This document shows positions 1 to 8,852 of a stretch of DNA of 64,000 bases, one piece after another. The position numbers were made by a program, and so were the translations under genes. A model generated the notes under the pieces. The model ran no database searches. It saw only the letters and a program-made list of their open reading frames with translations, and was not told the DNA's origin. The stretch's first letter is position 1. Every line of letters starts with the position of its first letter. The DNA is taken from contig CAVSWO010000002.1 in the NCBI GenBank assembly GCA_963731735.1, forward strand, positions 402,891-466,890, read 5' to 3'. Origin of the DNA: Candidatus Kerfeldbacteria bacterium (GTDB lineage Bacteria; Patescibacteriota; Patescibacteriia; SBBC01; CAIJZX01).

Positions 1-5
1 AGCCC

Positions 6-545
6 TTAGGCGCGATAGAGCAGCAGCGCGCTGCCACCCGGACGCTTTGGATTTTCGACTCGTTGTTCGAGGGGCCAATCCGGCAATGCAAACCCGAACG
101 AAATAACGCGGGTGCCGGCCCGGAGTTTGTTTCGAAGCGTGTGTCGGAGCTTTGGGACGAAATTGGTAATAAAAAAACCGTAGACCAGCGTGGCCGCAGA
201 CAAGTCCTGTCGGTATAAATCAGCTCGGAGAATCGTGACATTCCGAAGCTGGCGGGTTCGCCATTTGGCCAACAGATACGGCCACCATTGAATTTCAATC
301 CCGATGCATTTGGTATCAGGAAAACTGGTTGCTAAGGCGGTCAGAACACGCGCGTCACCGCAGCCCAATTCATACAGCACGTCCGACGGTTGCAACGGGA
401 GATTGTTTTGTAGCCACGCAATTGCCCAGCGCGGCGTACTGACGTATGGCAGCCCCGTTCGCAAGGTTTGCCAGAGCGTGTTGATTGCGAACACCAGCGC
501 GATCAATGTCGCGAACAGTAGCACAACGAAAAAGGCTAACACCAT
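6..545 (-). CDS. Class I SAM-dependent methyltransferase with N-terminal membrane anchor
   Basis: GLPYVSTP, YELGCGDAR (motif I), GIEIQ, GTRVISFGF. Start moved to ATG 545, 6 nt after TGcTATACT. Confidence 0.85.
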   Translation of the reverse strand: MVLAFFVVLLFATLIALVFAINTLWQTLRTGLPYVSTPRWAIAWLQNNLPLQPSDVLYELGCGDARVLTALATSFPDTKCIGIEIQWWPYLLAKWRTRQLRNVTILRADLYRQDLSAATLVYGFFITNFVPKLRHTLRNKLRAGTRVISFGFALPDWPLEQRVENPKRPGGSALLLYRA

Positions 546-675
546 AGCCGCAGTATAGCATGGTCGCAGACGGGGCTTGACAATTTTACATTTTGTGCTT
601 AAAGTTCCGTCAATCCGTCGTGGTTCATTCATAGTCAAACGCTCGCCCCGCTTCCATCTCCAACACGGAGGTTCG

Positions 676-1158
676 ATGGACGAACATGTGTTTCATCCGC
701 GCCTGCGGCAAAATGTCATGTCTCACGCCGAGGTAGCCTATCAATTCAATCTCCTGGTCAAAGGAATTGAGGTAGAGGATCTCGGAACTCAACAGTTGAC
801 GCCGAGTTTGCTCGGCCGCATCCGATTGATCCTGGATGGCCTGGACGCATTCATTCCCGGTCTCGAGTATCATCCGATCAATGACTTTGAAGCCGAACTG
901 GCTTACGAAGCCGCGCTCGATGATTTCGAGCATCGGAAGTTCTGGGCCGCCACCCAAAACATCTGTCATGGCTTGCAAATTTCCTGGCACCACCCGCAAC
1001 TCTGGCACCTGCTGGGATGCCTGGCCCGGCGACTTCAGTACACCGGCCTGGCTGAACGCTGTTTCTACCACGCGGTCTGGATCAATCCGGGCTTCCTGGA
1101 AGCCAGGCGTGACTTGCTGGCCACCAGTCAGTTGCATCCACCACAACAGCTCTTCTGA
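676..1158 (+). CDS. Hypothetical protein with TPR-like C-terminus
   Basis: GGAGG SD before ATG 676. LWHLLGCLARRLQYTGLAERCFYHAVWINPGFLEARRDL is a TPR-like repeat. Followed by a terminator. Confidence 0.65.
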   Translation: MDEHVFHPRLRQNVMSHAEVAYQFNLLVKGIEVEDLGTQQLTPSLLGRIRLILDGLDAFIPGLEYHPINDFEAELAYEAALDDFEHRKFWAATQNICHGLQISWHHPQLWHLLGCLARRLQYTGLAERCFYHAVWINPGFLEARRDLLATSQLHPPQQLF

Positions 1159-1181
1159 ACCCCTGCGGGGGTTCTTTTTTT
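1157..1181 (+). terminator. Intrinsic terminator
   Basis: GAACCCC-tgcg-GGGGTTC-type hairpin followed by a T run. Confidence 0.7.
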
Positions 1182-1764
1182 ACAACCAGGTATGTTGATC
1201 GGGGAAATAGGATGGTTGGGTGTCCGGATGATGGGATCGGTTAAACGCGCGCATCCGATTGCGCCAGTGACTGATCACCCGACCGGACAATCGAAGCGGT
1301 GTATGCGGAATATTCCGCAGTGCTTCTTCAACAAACCAGACATTGTGCCTGGCCGAACGCCAGCGGCCGTTGAGGGCGCGAAGATCGAGCAGACCATAGG
1401 CTTCGAGACAGGCCCGCTCATCGATATATGGAATGACATAACTTTGGACCAAGGCCGGAATGGTTGAAAAAACCGGTTTGCGTCCATCCAAACCAACATC
1501 CCGAGATTTCCCGACCGCTCCGTACTTCCCGTGGTGCTCAAAAACAAACAGCGTGTGATCAATTTGATCAGCGGATTCCAGATCAAGAATTACTGGGGGA
1601 TACCCGTGCGGTTCGAGCAACGCCGCCGCGGCCATCGCGCCCTCGAGACAATGGGCGGAATTCGTGGAGATTACCCCGGGCAAGGTTCGCATCGTATCCG
1701 CCGGGTTATAAGCAAGCGAGTCGAGCCAGCGTTGGACATGAAGGGGAGTATTCAGATGTTGCAT
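1180..1764 (-). CDS. Conserved hypothetical protein, possible transglutaminase-like Cys/His fold
   Basis: AHCLEGAMAAAALL...DHTLFVF...GAVGKSR. Start MQHLN is 6 nt after TATACT. Confidence 0.65.
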   Translation of the reverse strand: MQHLNTPLHVQRWLDSLAYNPADTMRTLPGVISTNSAHCLEGAMAAAALLEPHGYPPVILDLESADQIDHTLFVFEHHGKYGAVGKSRDVGLDGRKPVFSTIPALVQSYVIPYIDERACLEAYGLLDLRALNGRWRSARHNVWFVEEALRNIPHTPLRLSGRVISHWRNRMRAFNRSHHPDTQPSYFPDQHTWL

Positions 1765-1856
1765 GGGTAAAGTATAACAAAACACAGAAATATATTGATT
1801 TTTTCTTTAAAACGTGATATAATACTACTCAGGATAAATAATTAAAATAAAACAAT

Positions 1857-2867
1857 ATGCCTAATACCCAGCTCGATATCGAGCAAAAAACCGGTACGAG
1901 GATTTCGCAAGCCGTTGGTTTAGCGCTGGTAATTGGCGCTGGGGCGCTTGGTGCCGCAGCCTTTTTATTTATTGGCTCGCAGGAGAAATTATCAACGACC
2001 TCTCCCGGAGTAGTCAAAAAAAGTGCTACAACGCAAAGTGCGGTTGATCTTACAAGCGCGGAGATTTTTTCAGCCGATCCTACGAATGTCACCTACACAG
2101 GCTATGATCAGGCGGTTGCGGAAACGGAGGCGATTAAAAATCCGGATGATATAACAATTACTATTACAACACCATCTGAAGGGGCGTTGGTAGACGACTC
2201 AAATGGCAACTATCTGACGGCCGAACTTAATGACCCGAACCATAAAGTTAGCTCGCTGTATGTTCGAACTTTTAACGACCGTTACAAATTCATGATTGGG
2301 TGGAATAATGACACAACAGCTCCATACCAGTGGAACACAGCGCTTTCCTTGTATCCAAGCGGTGAATATCGGGACGTTATCTATGCCCGGGATGCGGCGG
2401 GCAATTTTCTCGCCTGGACTGATGTCATGTACACAAAAACACACAATTGCTACTATCTCGGCTATCAAGATATGACGTTGACAGCACCCACTGATACTAT
2501 TACAGCTGGAAAAACATTTACGATGACTGCTAGTGTAAAGAATAATATACGTGGTGCGTGCCAAAATAATTATGCAGTTTCCACTACGTCACCATTATCT
2601 TTGGACTCGCTTTTACCGGAAGGTTGGACGGCAACTACTGACCCGGATGGATATATGTCAATTGGAATCGGGGAGACCCGCGACTACACCGTGAGCGTCA
2701 AGGTGCCAGTCTCAGCTACCACCGGAACCTATACAGTTGGTGTTACAAGTCAACGGCAAAACACTGGCTTCATTGTAACGAAAGAAGCTACCGTAAACGT
2801 AGCTGCGAACACTGGCGGCGGAGGCGGCGGCGGTATCAAGATCGATCCAGGCGACCTAGCCCCATAA
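1857..2867 (+). CDS. Membrane-anchored extracellular protein with Ig-like (Big/NEW3-like) domains
   Basis: N-terminal TM helix, Thr-rich beta sequence, LPEGWTA...VKVPVSATTGTYTV. TTGATT/TATAAT promoter upstream. Confidence 0.7.
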   Translation: MPNTQLDIEQKTGTRISQAVGLALVIGAGALGAAAFLFIGSQEKLSTTSPGVVKKSATTQSAVDLTSAEIFSADPTNVTYTGYDQAVAETEAIKNPDDITITITTPSEGALVDDSNGNYLTAELNDPNHKVSSLYVRTFNDRYKFMIGWNNDTTAPYQWNTALSLYPSGEYRDVIYARDAAGNFLAWTDVMYTKTHNCYYLGYQDMTLTAPTDTITAGKTFTMTASVKNNIRGACQNNYAVSTTSPLSLDSLLPEGWTATTDPDGYMSIGIGETRDYTVSVKVPVSATTGTYTVGVTSQRQNTGFIVTKEATVNVAANTGGGGGGGIKIDPGDLAP

Positions 2868-3057
2868 GACAACCTACTAGCAAGCGGCGGAGTAATCCGC
2901 CGCTTTTTAGTCATATGAAAAATCCTTTATTGCAAAAGGACTTTTTGAAATTCTCTTAAAACTTCAGCCAATGCCCCATAGAGCTACGTCGGACCAGCGG
3001 ATCTAGTTCGACAATAAAAAAAGCCGAACGGAATAGTTCGGCACACAGGAAGTAGCG

Positions 3058-3360
3058 TTATTCAGATTGTTCTTTGGTCTGCGACCACTGGTTCGCGAAA
3101 TACCGCATGTACGCAACGAAGGCGATGATCAGAACCAAGGCCGCGAACCCAAATACATCAAGGAGCGTGAGCGTAACCGCAATCCCAACCAGAAAAAAAA
3201 CAATCAAGAACCGAATCAGTGCCTGAACTCGCTTTTCGGCAGCCAGTCCAGAGTCTCCGATCATCGGAAAGGGTGTCCACATGACCCAGAGCATATGAAA
3301 ACCGCGGAGTGCAAAAATGAACAAGACGCCACACGAGGCCAATAGCGCGAATTTCGGCAT
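3058..3360 (-). CDS. Small membrane protein (about 3 TM)
   Basis: GGAGG SD, hydrophobic segments, terminator hairpin GCCGAAC..GTTCGGC+T7 at ~3015-3042. Confidence 0.65.
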   Translation of the reverse strand: MPKFALLASCGVLFIFALRGFHMLWVMWTPFPMIGDSGLAAEKRVQALIRFLIVFFLVGIAVTLTLLDVFGFAALVLIIAFVAYMRYFANQWSQTKEQSE

Positions 3361-3426
3361 TAGTTGATTCCTCCAGGCAGAAAGCGAAATACTCGTCTTC
3401 GTTTCTACTTCAGCATCGTCTCAAAA

Positions 3427-3543
3427 CCCTGGCGCTGGCCTACTTTCCCCGCGGTATGCCCCGCAGTATCATCGGCGCTGGCTGGCTTAACGACCGTGTT
3501 CGGAATGGGAACGGGTGTGGCCCAGTCGCTCGAAGCACCAGGG
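3427..3543 (-). rRNA. rrf: 5S rRNA
   Basis: Minus strand CCCTGGTG...CCCGTTCCCATTCCGAACACGGTCGTTAAG...GGGAAAGTAGG...CGCCAGGG. Confidence 0.95.
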
Positions 3544-3942
3544 TACTGAGACGATGTCTCTGGTAATCAATGTAAAGTGAGGAAACAAGCGAACGCTTGC
3601 TTCTGGTTCTGGTGAATTCCGCACCAGCTTGGTGCAGTTTGAAGAATTATCTCGTCCTGTGCGTCCCAACAGTCCGTCGGAACGTGATCAGTTAGTACGG
3701 TTCGGCTCAACACCTTACGGTGCTTACACCTGCCGCCTATCAACCGTCATGTCCCTGGAGTCTTAACGAAAGCTAATCTTGAGGACGGCTTCACGCTTAG
3801 ATGCTTTCAGCGTTTATCCCTGCCGAACGTCGCTACCCAGCAATGCCCCTGGTGGGACAACTGGTACACGAGAGGTTCGTTCTTCCCGGTCCTCTCGTAC
3901 TAGGGAAGAATTCTCTCAAGTTTCGACGCCCACAGTGGATAG

Positions 3943-3994
<52 letters not shown>

Positions 3995-4007
3995 TGGCGA
4001 ACAGCCA

Positions 4008-4066
<59 letters not shown>

Positions 4067-4579
4067 GCGCCGTCGCTGTGGACGCTTGGGCGCGATCAGC
4101 CTGTTATCCCCGGAGTAACTTTTATCCGTTGAGCTTCCGCCGTCCTATATGCGTACGGTCGGATCACTAAGTTCTACTTTCGTAACTGCTCGGCGTGTAG
4201 GTCTTGCAGTAAAGCTGGCTTGTGGCGTTTGCCCTATCGATCCGGATTTCCATCCCGACCTAGCCAACCTTTGTAAACGCCTCCGTTACCTTTTAGGAGG
4301 CAACCGCCCCAGTCAAACTACCCACCAGACACTGTCTCCCGTGCCGGATTCAGGGCGCGAGGTGAGTGCACAGACACAGCGAAGCGTGGTATTTCACTGT
4401 TGACTCCACCGCAGCCTACGATCCGGACTTCAAAGTCTCCCACCTATGCTGAGCATCGCACATCTGTGCACAATGCCAAGTTGTAGTAAAGCTTCACGGG
4501 GTCTTTTCGTCCAATGATGGGTAACCGGCATCTTTACTCGTCTTGTAATTTCGCCGAGTCCCTCGTTGAGAGAGTTCTC

Positions 4580-4632
<53 letters not shown>

Positions 4633-5404
4633 CATTGTGCTGGGCGAGACAACCTACGGTTTTCTCGTCCCACGCCACTCTTTCCCTTTTGCGTGTCGCC
4701 ACCTCCATCCTCGCGCAAAGCAAGTTTGACGCTCGGCTGTTCGATGCTCGACCTGTCTTTTCTTTGTGCGGCGCTTCGCTATCGCTCGCGCCGCCTTGGG
4801 CTGAGTGGGGATACTCACTGTATCGCTGCATATTGCTATGCAGATCAGACTATATCTTCAACCTTGCTTTTAGAAAAAACAGAATGGGGCGGCGGCAGAC
4901 AAGCTTCGTTGTCGTCGCCCCGCAAGGTGCTCGGGTACTAGTCGTTGGGGGAATGCTAGGGTTCTTCATCGTGATCGCCCTCCTCATCTTCGGGTTCGGG
5001 CGGAACTTCTCGGTGAAGCTCAGTCGTAATCTCTTCGCGATCTATTCTCTGAAGCAGGACCTCCTTGGCCCAACTTAGAGACAGAATCTCGAGACACTTT
5101 ACTTGAGCTTCATCATCATTTGATGCTTCGAACTCATAATCTTGAAAGGTATCTCCGACCATCCAGCTTTCCTGGAAAGTCTGACGGATACGGTATTTCA
5201 TTTCACCTCTCCTTTCCCTGCGAATTGTCCGATCATTCGATCGGAGTTTTCCGCATATTTCCGCGTATTTATGGACCAATCACGAATTACTTCGTGATAG
5301 GCAGTTACTTTTCCTTACTGCACTGTTTCTGTTGGAACTCTTGGAACTGCTTACTTCCATAACCGTCGCTAGTCCTTCGCCCAACCACTTTCGTGATTGA
5401 GCAA
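4633..5404 (-). ncRNA. Group I intron in 23S rRNA (site equivalent to E. coli ~1931)
   Basis: Splits CCTAAGGT^AGCGAAATTCC. The 5' exon ends in U and the intron ends in G. R-like CAACGACTA at 4947-4939 and S-like AAGATATAGTC at 4858-4848. Confidence 0.9.
4956..5201 (-). CDS. Intron-encoded 81-aa acidic protein of unknown function
   Basis: AAAGGAGAGGTGA SD before MKYRIRQTF. No LAGLIDADG, GIY-YIG or HNH motif visible. Confidence 0.65.
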   Translation of the reverse strand: MKYRIRQTFQESWMVGDTFQDYEFEASNDDEAQVKCLEILSLSWAKEVLLQRIDREEITTELHREVPPEPEDEEGDHDEEP

Positions 5405-6185
5405 ACCTTAGGACGGTTATAGTTACCGCCGGCGTTCATCAGCGCTTCGGATCAAGGCGTAAACCTCTCCCCTTAACGTTCTGACACTGGCCAGGCATCA
5501 GCCCCTATACATCAGCTTGCGCTTTGGCAGGGACCTAAGTTTTTGGTAAACAGTCGCTTGACGTCATTTAGCTGCGGCCCAGCTTGCGCTGGGCAGGCCA
5601 TATACCGAAGGTACGGCCATTGTTTTGCCGAGTTCCTAAACGAGGGTTCTCTCGTACGCCTTAGCAGATTTGCTGCCCACCCACCGGTGTCGGTTTACGG
5701 TACGGAAACGTCGTGACATAACCAGCGGACTTTTTCTCGGCCCCCGTGTCGTCTGTATTGGCTTGCCCTTGCGGGTTCGTCTGCGCCTTGCGGCCCGCAC
5801 ATAACCAAAGTACGGACAGATCTCACGGATGCGTCATCCACTGGGTAATCACGCCGTTGCACGGGAATATTAGCCCGTTGTCCATCAGCTACGCCTTTCG
5901 GCCTCGCCTTAGGGCCGGCTCACCCTGGGTCGATTTGCGGTGCCCAGGAAACCTTGGGTTTACGGCGGACGGGGTTCTCACCCGTCGTTGTGCTACTTAT
6001 ACCTACATTCTCACTTCGGTGCACTCCACGGTCGCTCGCGCTTCCGCTTCGGCGCACACCGAACGCTCCGCTACCACTGGAAGGTCATCACTGACCAACC
6101 AATCCTCAGCTTCGGTACGACACTTGAGTCCCGATACATTTTCGGCGCTTCGGGGCTCGACCAGTGAGCTGTTACGCTTTCTTTA

Positions 6186-6216
<31 letters not shown>

Positions 6217-7673
6217 TTGTTTGAGCCTCAAAACTACCTTTCAAACACTGAGTGTCGATTTAGGGACCTTAACTGGAGGTCTGGGTTCTTTCCCTCACGT
6301 CCGGTGGAGCTTAGCCCCCACGGACTGACTGCTGAACTGTAATACTGCGGCATTCGGAGTTTGGTTGGGGAGACTAGGATTGCTCCACGCCACCCCATTC
6401 AGTGCTCTACCACCGCAATGGATCATTCAACGCTAGCCCAAAAGCTATTTCGCGGAGAACCAGCTATCGCCGAGTTCGATTGGAATTTCTCCTCTACCCA
6501 CAACTCATCCCAGAGCGTTGCACGACTCACGGGTTCGGACCTCCACGACGTTTTACCGCCGCTTCATCCTGGTCATGGGTAGCTCACCCGGCTTCGGGTC
6601 TGTTACGGATCACGAGTGCCTCATGAGCATGATGATCACCGAAGTGACCGCCACACTCATTCAGCACATGCGCCGGTGAAGGCTCGCTTTCACTATGACA
6701 TCGGCCTGGACGGCCTTAGTCGAGCGATCCGTAATAACTCGTAGGTTCATTCTTCAATAGGCACGCTGCAACCCCGCCGAAGCGAGGCCGCAACTGTTTG
6801 TAAGCGATATGGTTTCAGATACTATTTCATTCCCCTCCCGGGGTGCTTTTCACCTTTCCCTCACGGTACTGGTTCACTATCGATCATCAACAATATTTAG
6901 TCTTGGAAGTCTAGTCCTCCCAGCTTCCCACAAGATTTCACGTGTCTCGTGGTACTTGAGGAATAGAACCAGTAAAGCTTTAACCGATTTCGCTTACGGG
7001 ACGATCGCCCTGTGTCGTAGGCCGTTCCAGGCCGCTTCAGCTATCGATTGGTCATATTCATTCTCCCACTGTAGAAACTGCAGTGAGAGAAAGAATCAAC
7101 ATGCGCTTTACTCCTAAAGATGTAAGCTTTAGACGTTCTACTCTCGCAACCCCCAACCAGTATGCGGGCTTACACCCTTGCACCCTTGCGGATGCAACTG
7201 GAAAGGTTTTGACTGTTCCCGTTTCGCTCGCCACTACTCAGGGAATGTTCTCCGCCAAAGGCGGAGGTTGTTTTCTGTTCCACTGGCTACTAAGATGTTT
7301 CAATTCACCAGGTTACCTTCGCATGCCCTATGTGTTCAGGCACGGATGTTCCGAAATTTCCTTCGGAACGGGTTTCCCCATTCGGACATCCCCGGATCAC
7401 AGGTTGGTTGCCACCTTCCCGAGGCTTTTCGCAGGCTCCGACGTCCTTCATCGTTCGTTGATGTCGAGGCATCCACCATACGCCCTTATGTGTTCCGACG
7501 AACTGTCGAGACACGCACCCCTGCACTTACGCAGGGGGTAGCAGGTACGAGATTCGATGTATCGCTTGATACACCAATCTTTTCTTCTTTCACCAGAACC
7601 ACAAACAGACGTTCGTGATTCTGCGAGTATGATGCTTATTTCCTCTTACTTTACTCTATGTCTTGATTACCCT

Positions 7674-7692
7674 TATTCAGTTGTCGATGATC
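7674..7692 (-). promoter_or_regulatory. boxA-like antitermination element upstream of 23S
   Basis: GATCATCGACAACTGAATA just outside the 23S processing stem. Confidence 0.55.
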
Positions 7693-7866
7693 GGGTGATT
7701 CGAAGAGAAACCGCTTCGGTTTCTCTTGCGACACATCTCTTCCCGCCAGGTGAGTCGACTCTCGTCGCTGCACCGAAAGCAAGTTTCGGTTCGCGACTTC
7801 GCGGTTCGACCCGTCTGTATCTGCGCGGCCTCGCTATCGCTCGGCCGCAGACTGGGTTAAAGAAAT

Positions 7867-8600
7867 GTTCGAGATCAACAGCACTGGAGAGATCACGAAC
7901 GGGTCGTGATCAGATCAGTATGGTTGAAGAAAGAACAGGTGGATTGGTTTAAGGGAATGGAGCATCGAGAGTGCCCGCGAAGCCTACGAAGAGAAGCGGG
8001 GGGTACATTCCCTCAGATGCTCCACCACGGAGGTTGGCGTCCAGCGGGACGTGGGAGTTGTTTCCGGCTCGCTTTTCGTTCGCCGTTCCGCACGTCCCGC
8101 CGGGACAAAAGGTCGAGAGATGAGAAGATTGCTCTTCTCCAGCTGCTGTCGGAGGCTGAATTCACGACCAACTGTTTCTCCCGACCAGTAATCTCCAGGA
8201 GGGCGTCCGCGGTTTTCCGCATGCGCCGTGCATGTGACCACAGAAGTGATCGCCACGAACGCTCCTGCCTGGAGTCGGGGAGCCCTCATGTATCCGGGCA
8301 AGGATGAGGACGTGTTCCCCGAATAAGGTTGCGCCGATGTCCCGCCGCCGACTTCTTCTCCCCCAGAGAAGGTTAGCAGCATCGATCGACGCAACAGCTG
8401 GTCGGGCCCGCGACTGTCGGATGATTTTGTGCGCTTGCGCGCTGCCATCACGAACTACGGGCGGGCCCGATAGATTGAAGAGACGTTCCAGTGTACGCCT
8501 GCGCGGACAGCCGAACCGCTGTCTGGCAATTGTTCCTCGAACGTCTCATATTTTGAAGAGCGAAGTAGGATCACGCACGGCATGAGACTGCTTCGGACTT
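7867..8600 (-). ncRNA. Candidate large structured RNA / extended rRNA leader
   Basis: About ten consecutive or nested stems with GCAA tetraloops on the minus strand. No convincing ORF. Confidence 0.5.
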
Positions 8601-8748
8601 CAAGTGGTAAAAAGAGCTGGAGACTGAAAAACCGCCCGTCGGCGGCTCATTTTTGGACAGACACGTGTACGCGCTATCAGCTAGCCGTCGACATTCTCCT
8701 TGCGGTTGGTCTGTTCCATATGAACCGTCATCATTTATTAGTGGGCTC

Positions 8749-8777
8749 AGCATACAGGTTTTGTTTGTCTGCGTCAA
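8749..8777 (-). promoter_or_regulatory. Sigma70-type promoter pointing toward 23S
   Basis: TTGACG-17 nt-TATGCT. Confidence 0.7.
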
Positions 8778-8815
8778 GGCGGATTCGGGACAACCGGGGG
8801 AAAATATCCGGAAAG

Positions 8816-8844
8816 TTGACTAACGGCCAAAAAAATGATATAAT
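8816..8844 (+). promoter_or_regulatory. Sigma70-type promoter for the large surface protein (near-leaderless)
   Basis: TTGACT-17 nt-TATAAT, with ATG 8 nt downstream. Confidence 0.8.
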
Positions 8845-8852
8845 ACGGTCAA

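Noticed and set aside
7959-8027. tRNA-like GGAGCATC...GATGCTCC-ACCA on the plus strand
   Set aside because: No T-loop, D-loop or anticodon arm. Likely the reverse complement of a minus-strand helix.
7984-8451. 155-aa minus-strand ORF upstream of 23S
   Set aside because: No SD or promoter, Ser/Arg/Pro-rich without recognisable motifs. The dense helices explain the sequence better, though coding is not formally excluded.
8040-8578. Group II intron (GTGCG at ~8578, GAGCCGGA...CACGTCC near 8070-8045)
   Set aside because: The D5-like segment does not form the canonical 34-nt hairpin and pairs with another strand instead. No D6 or RT ORF.
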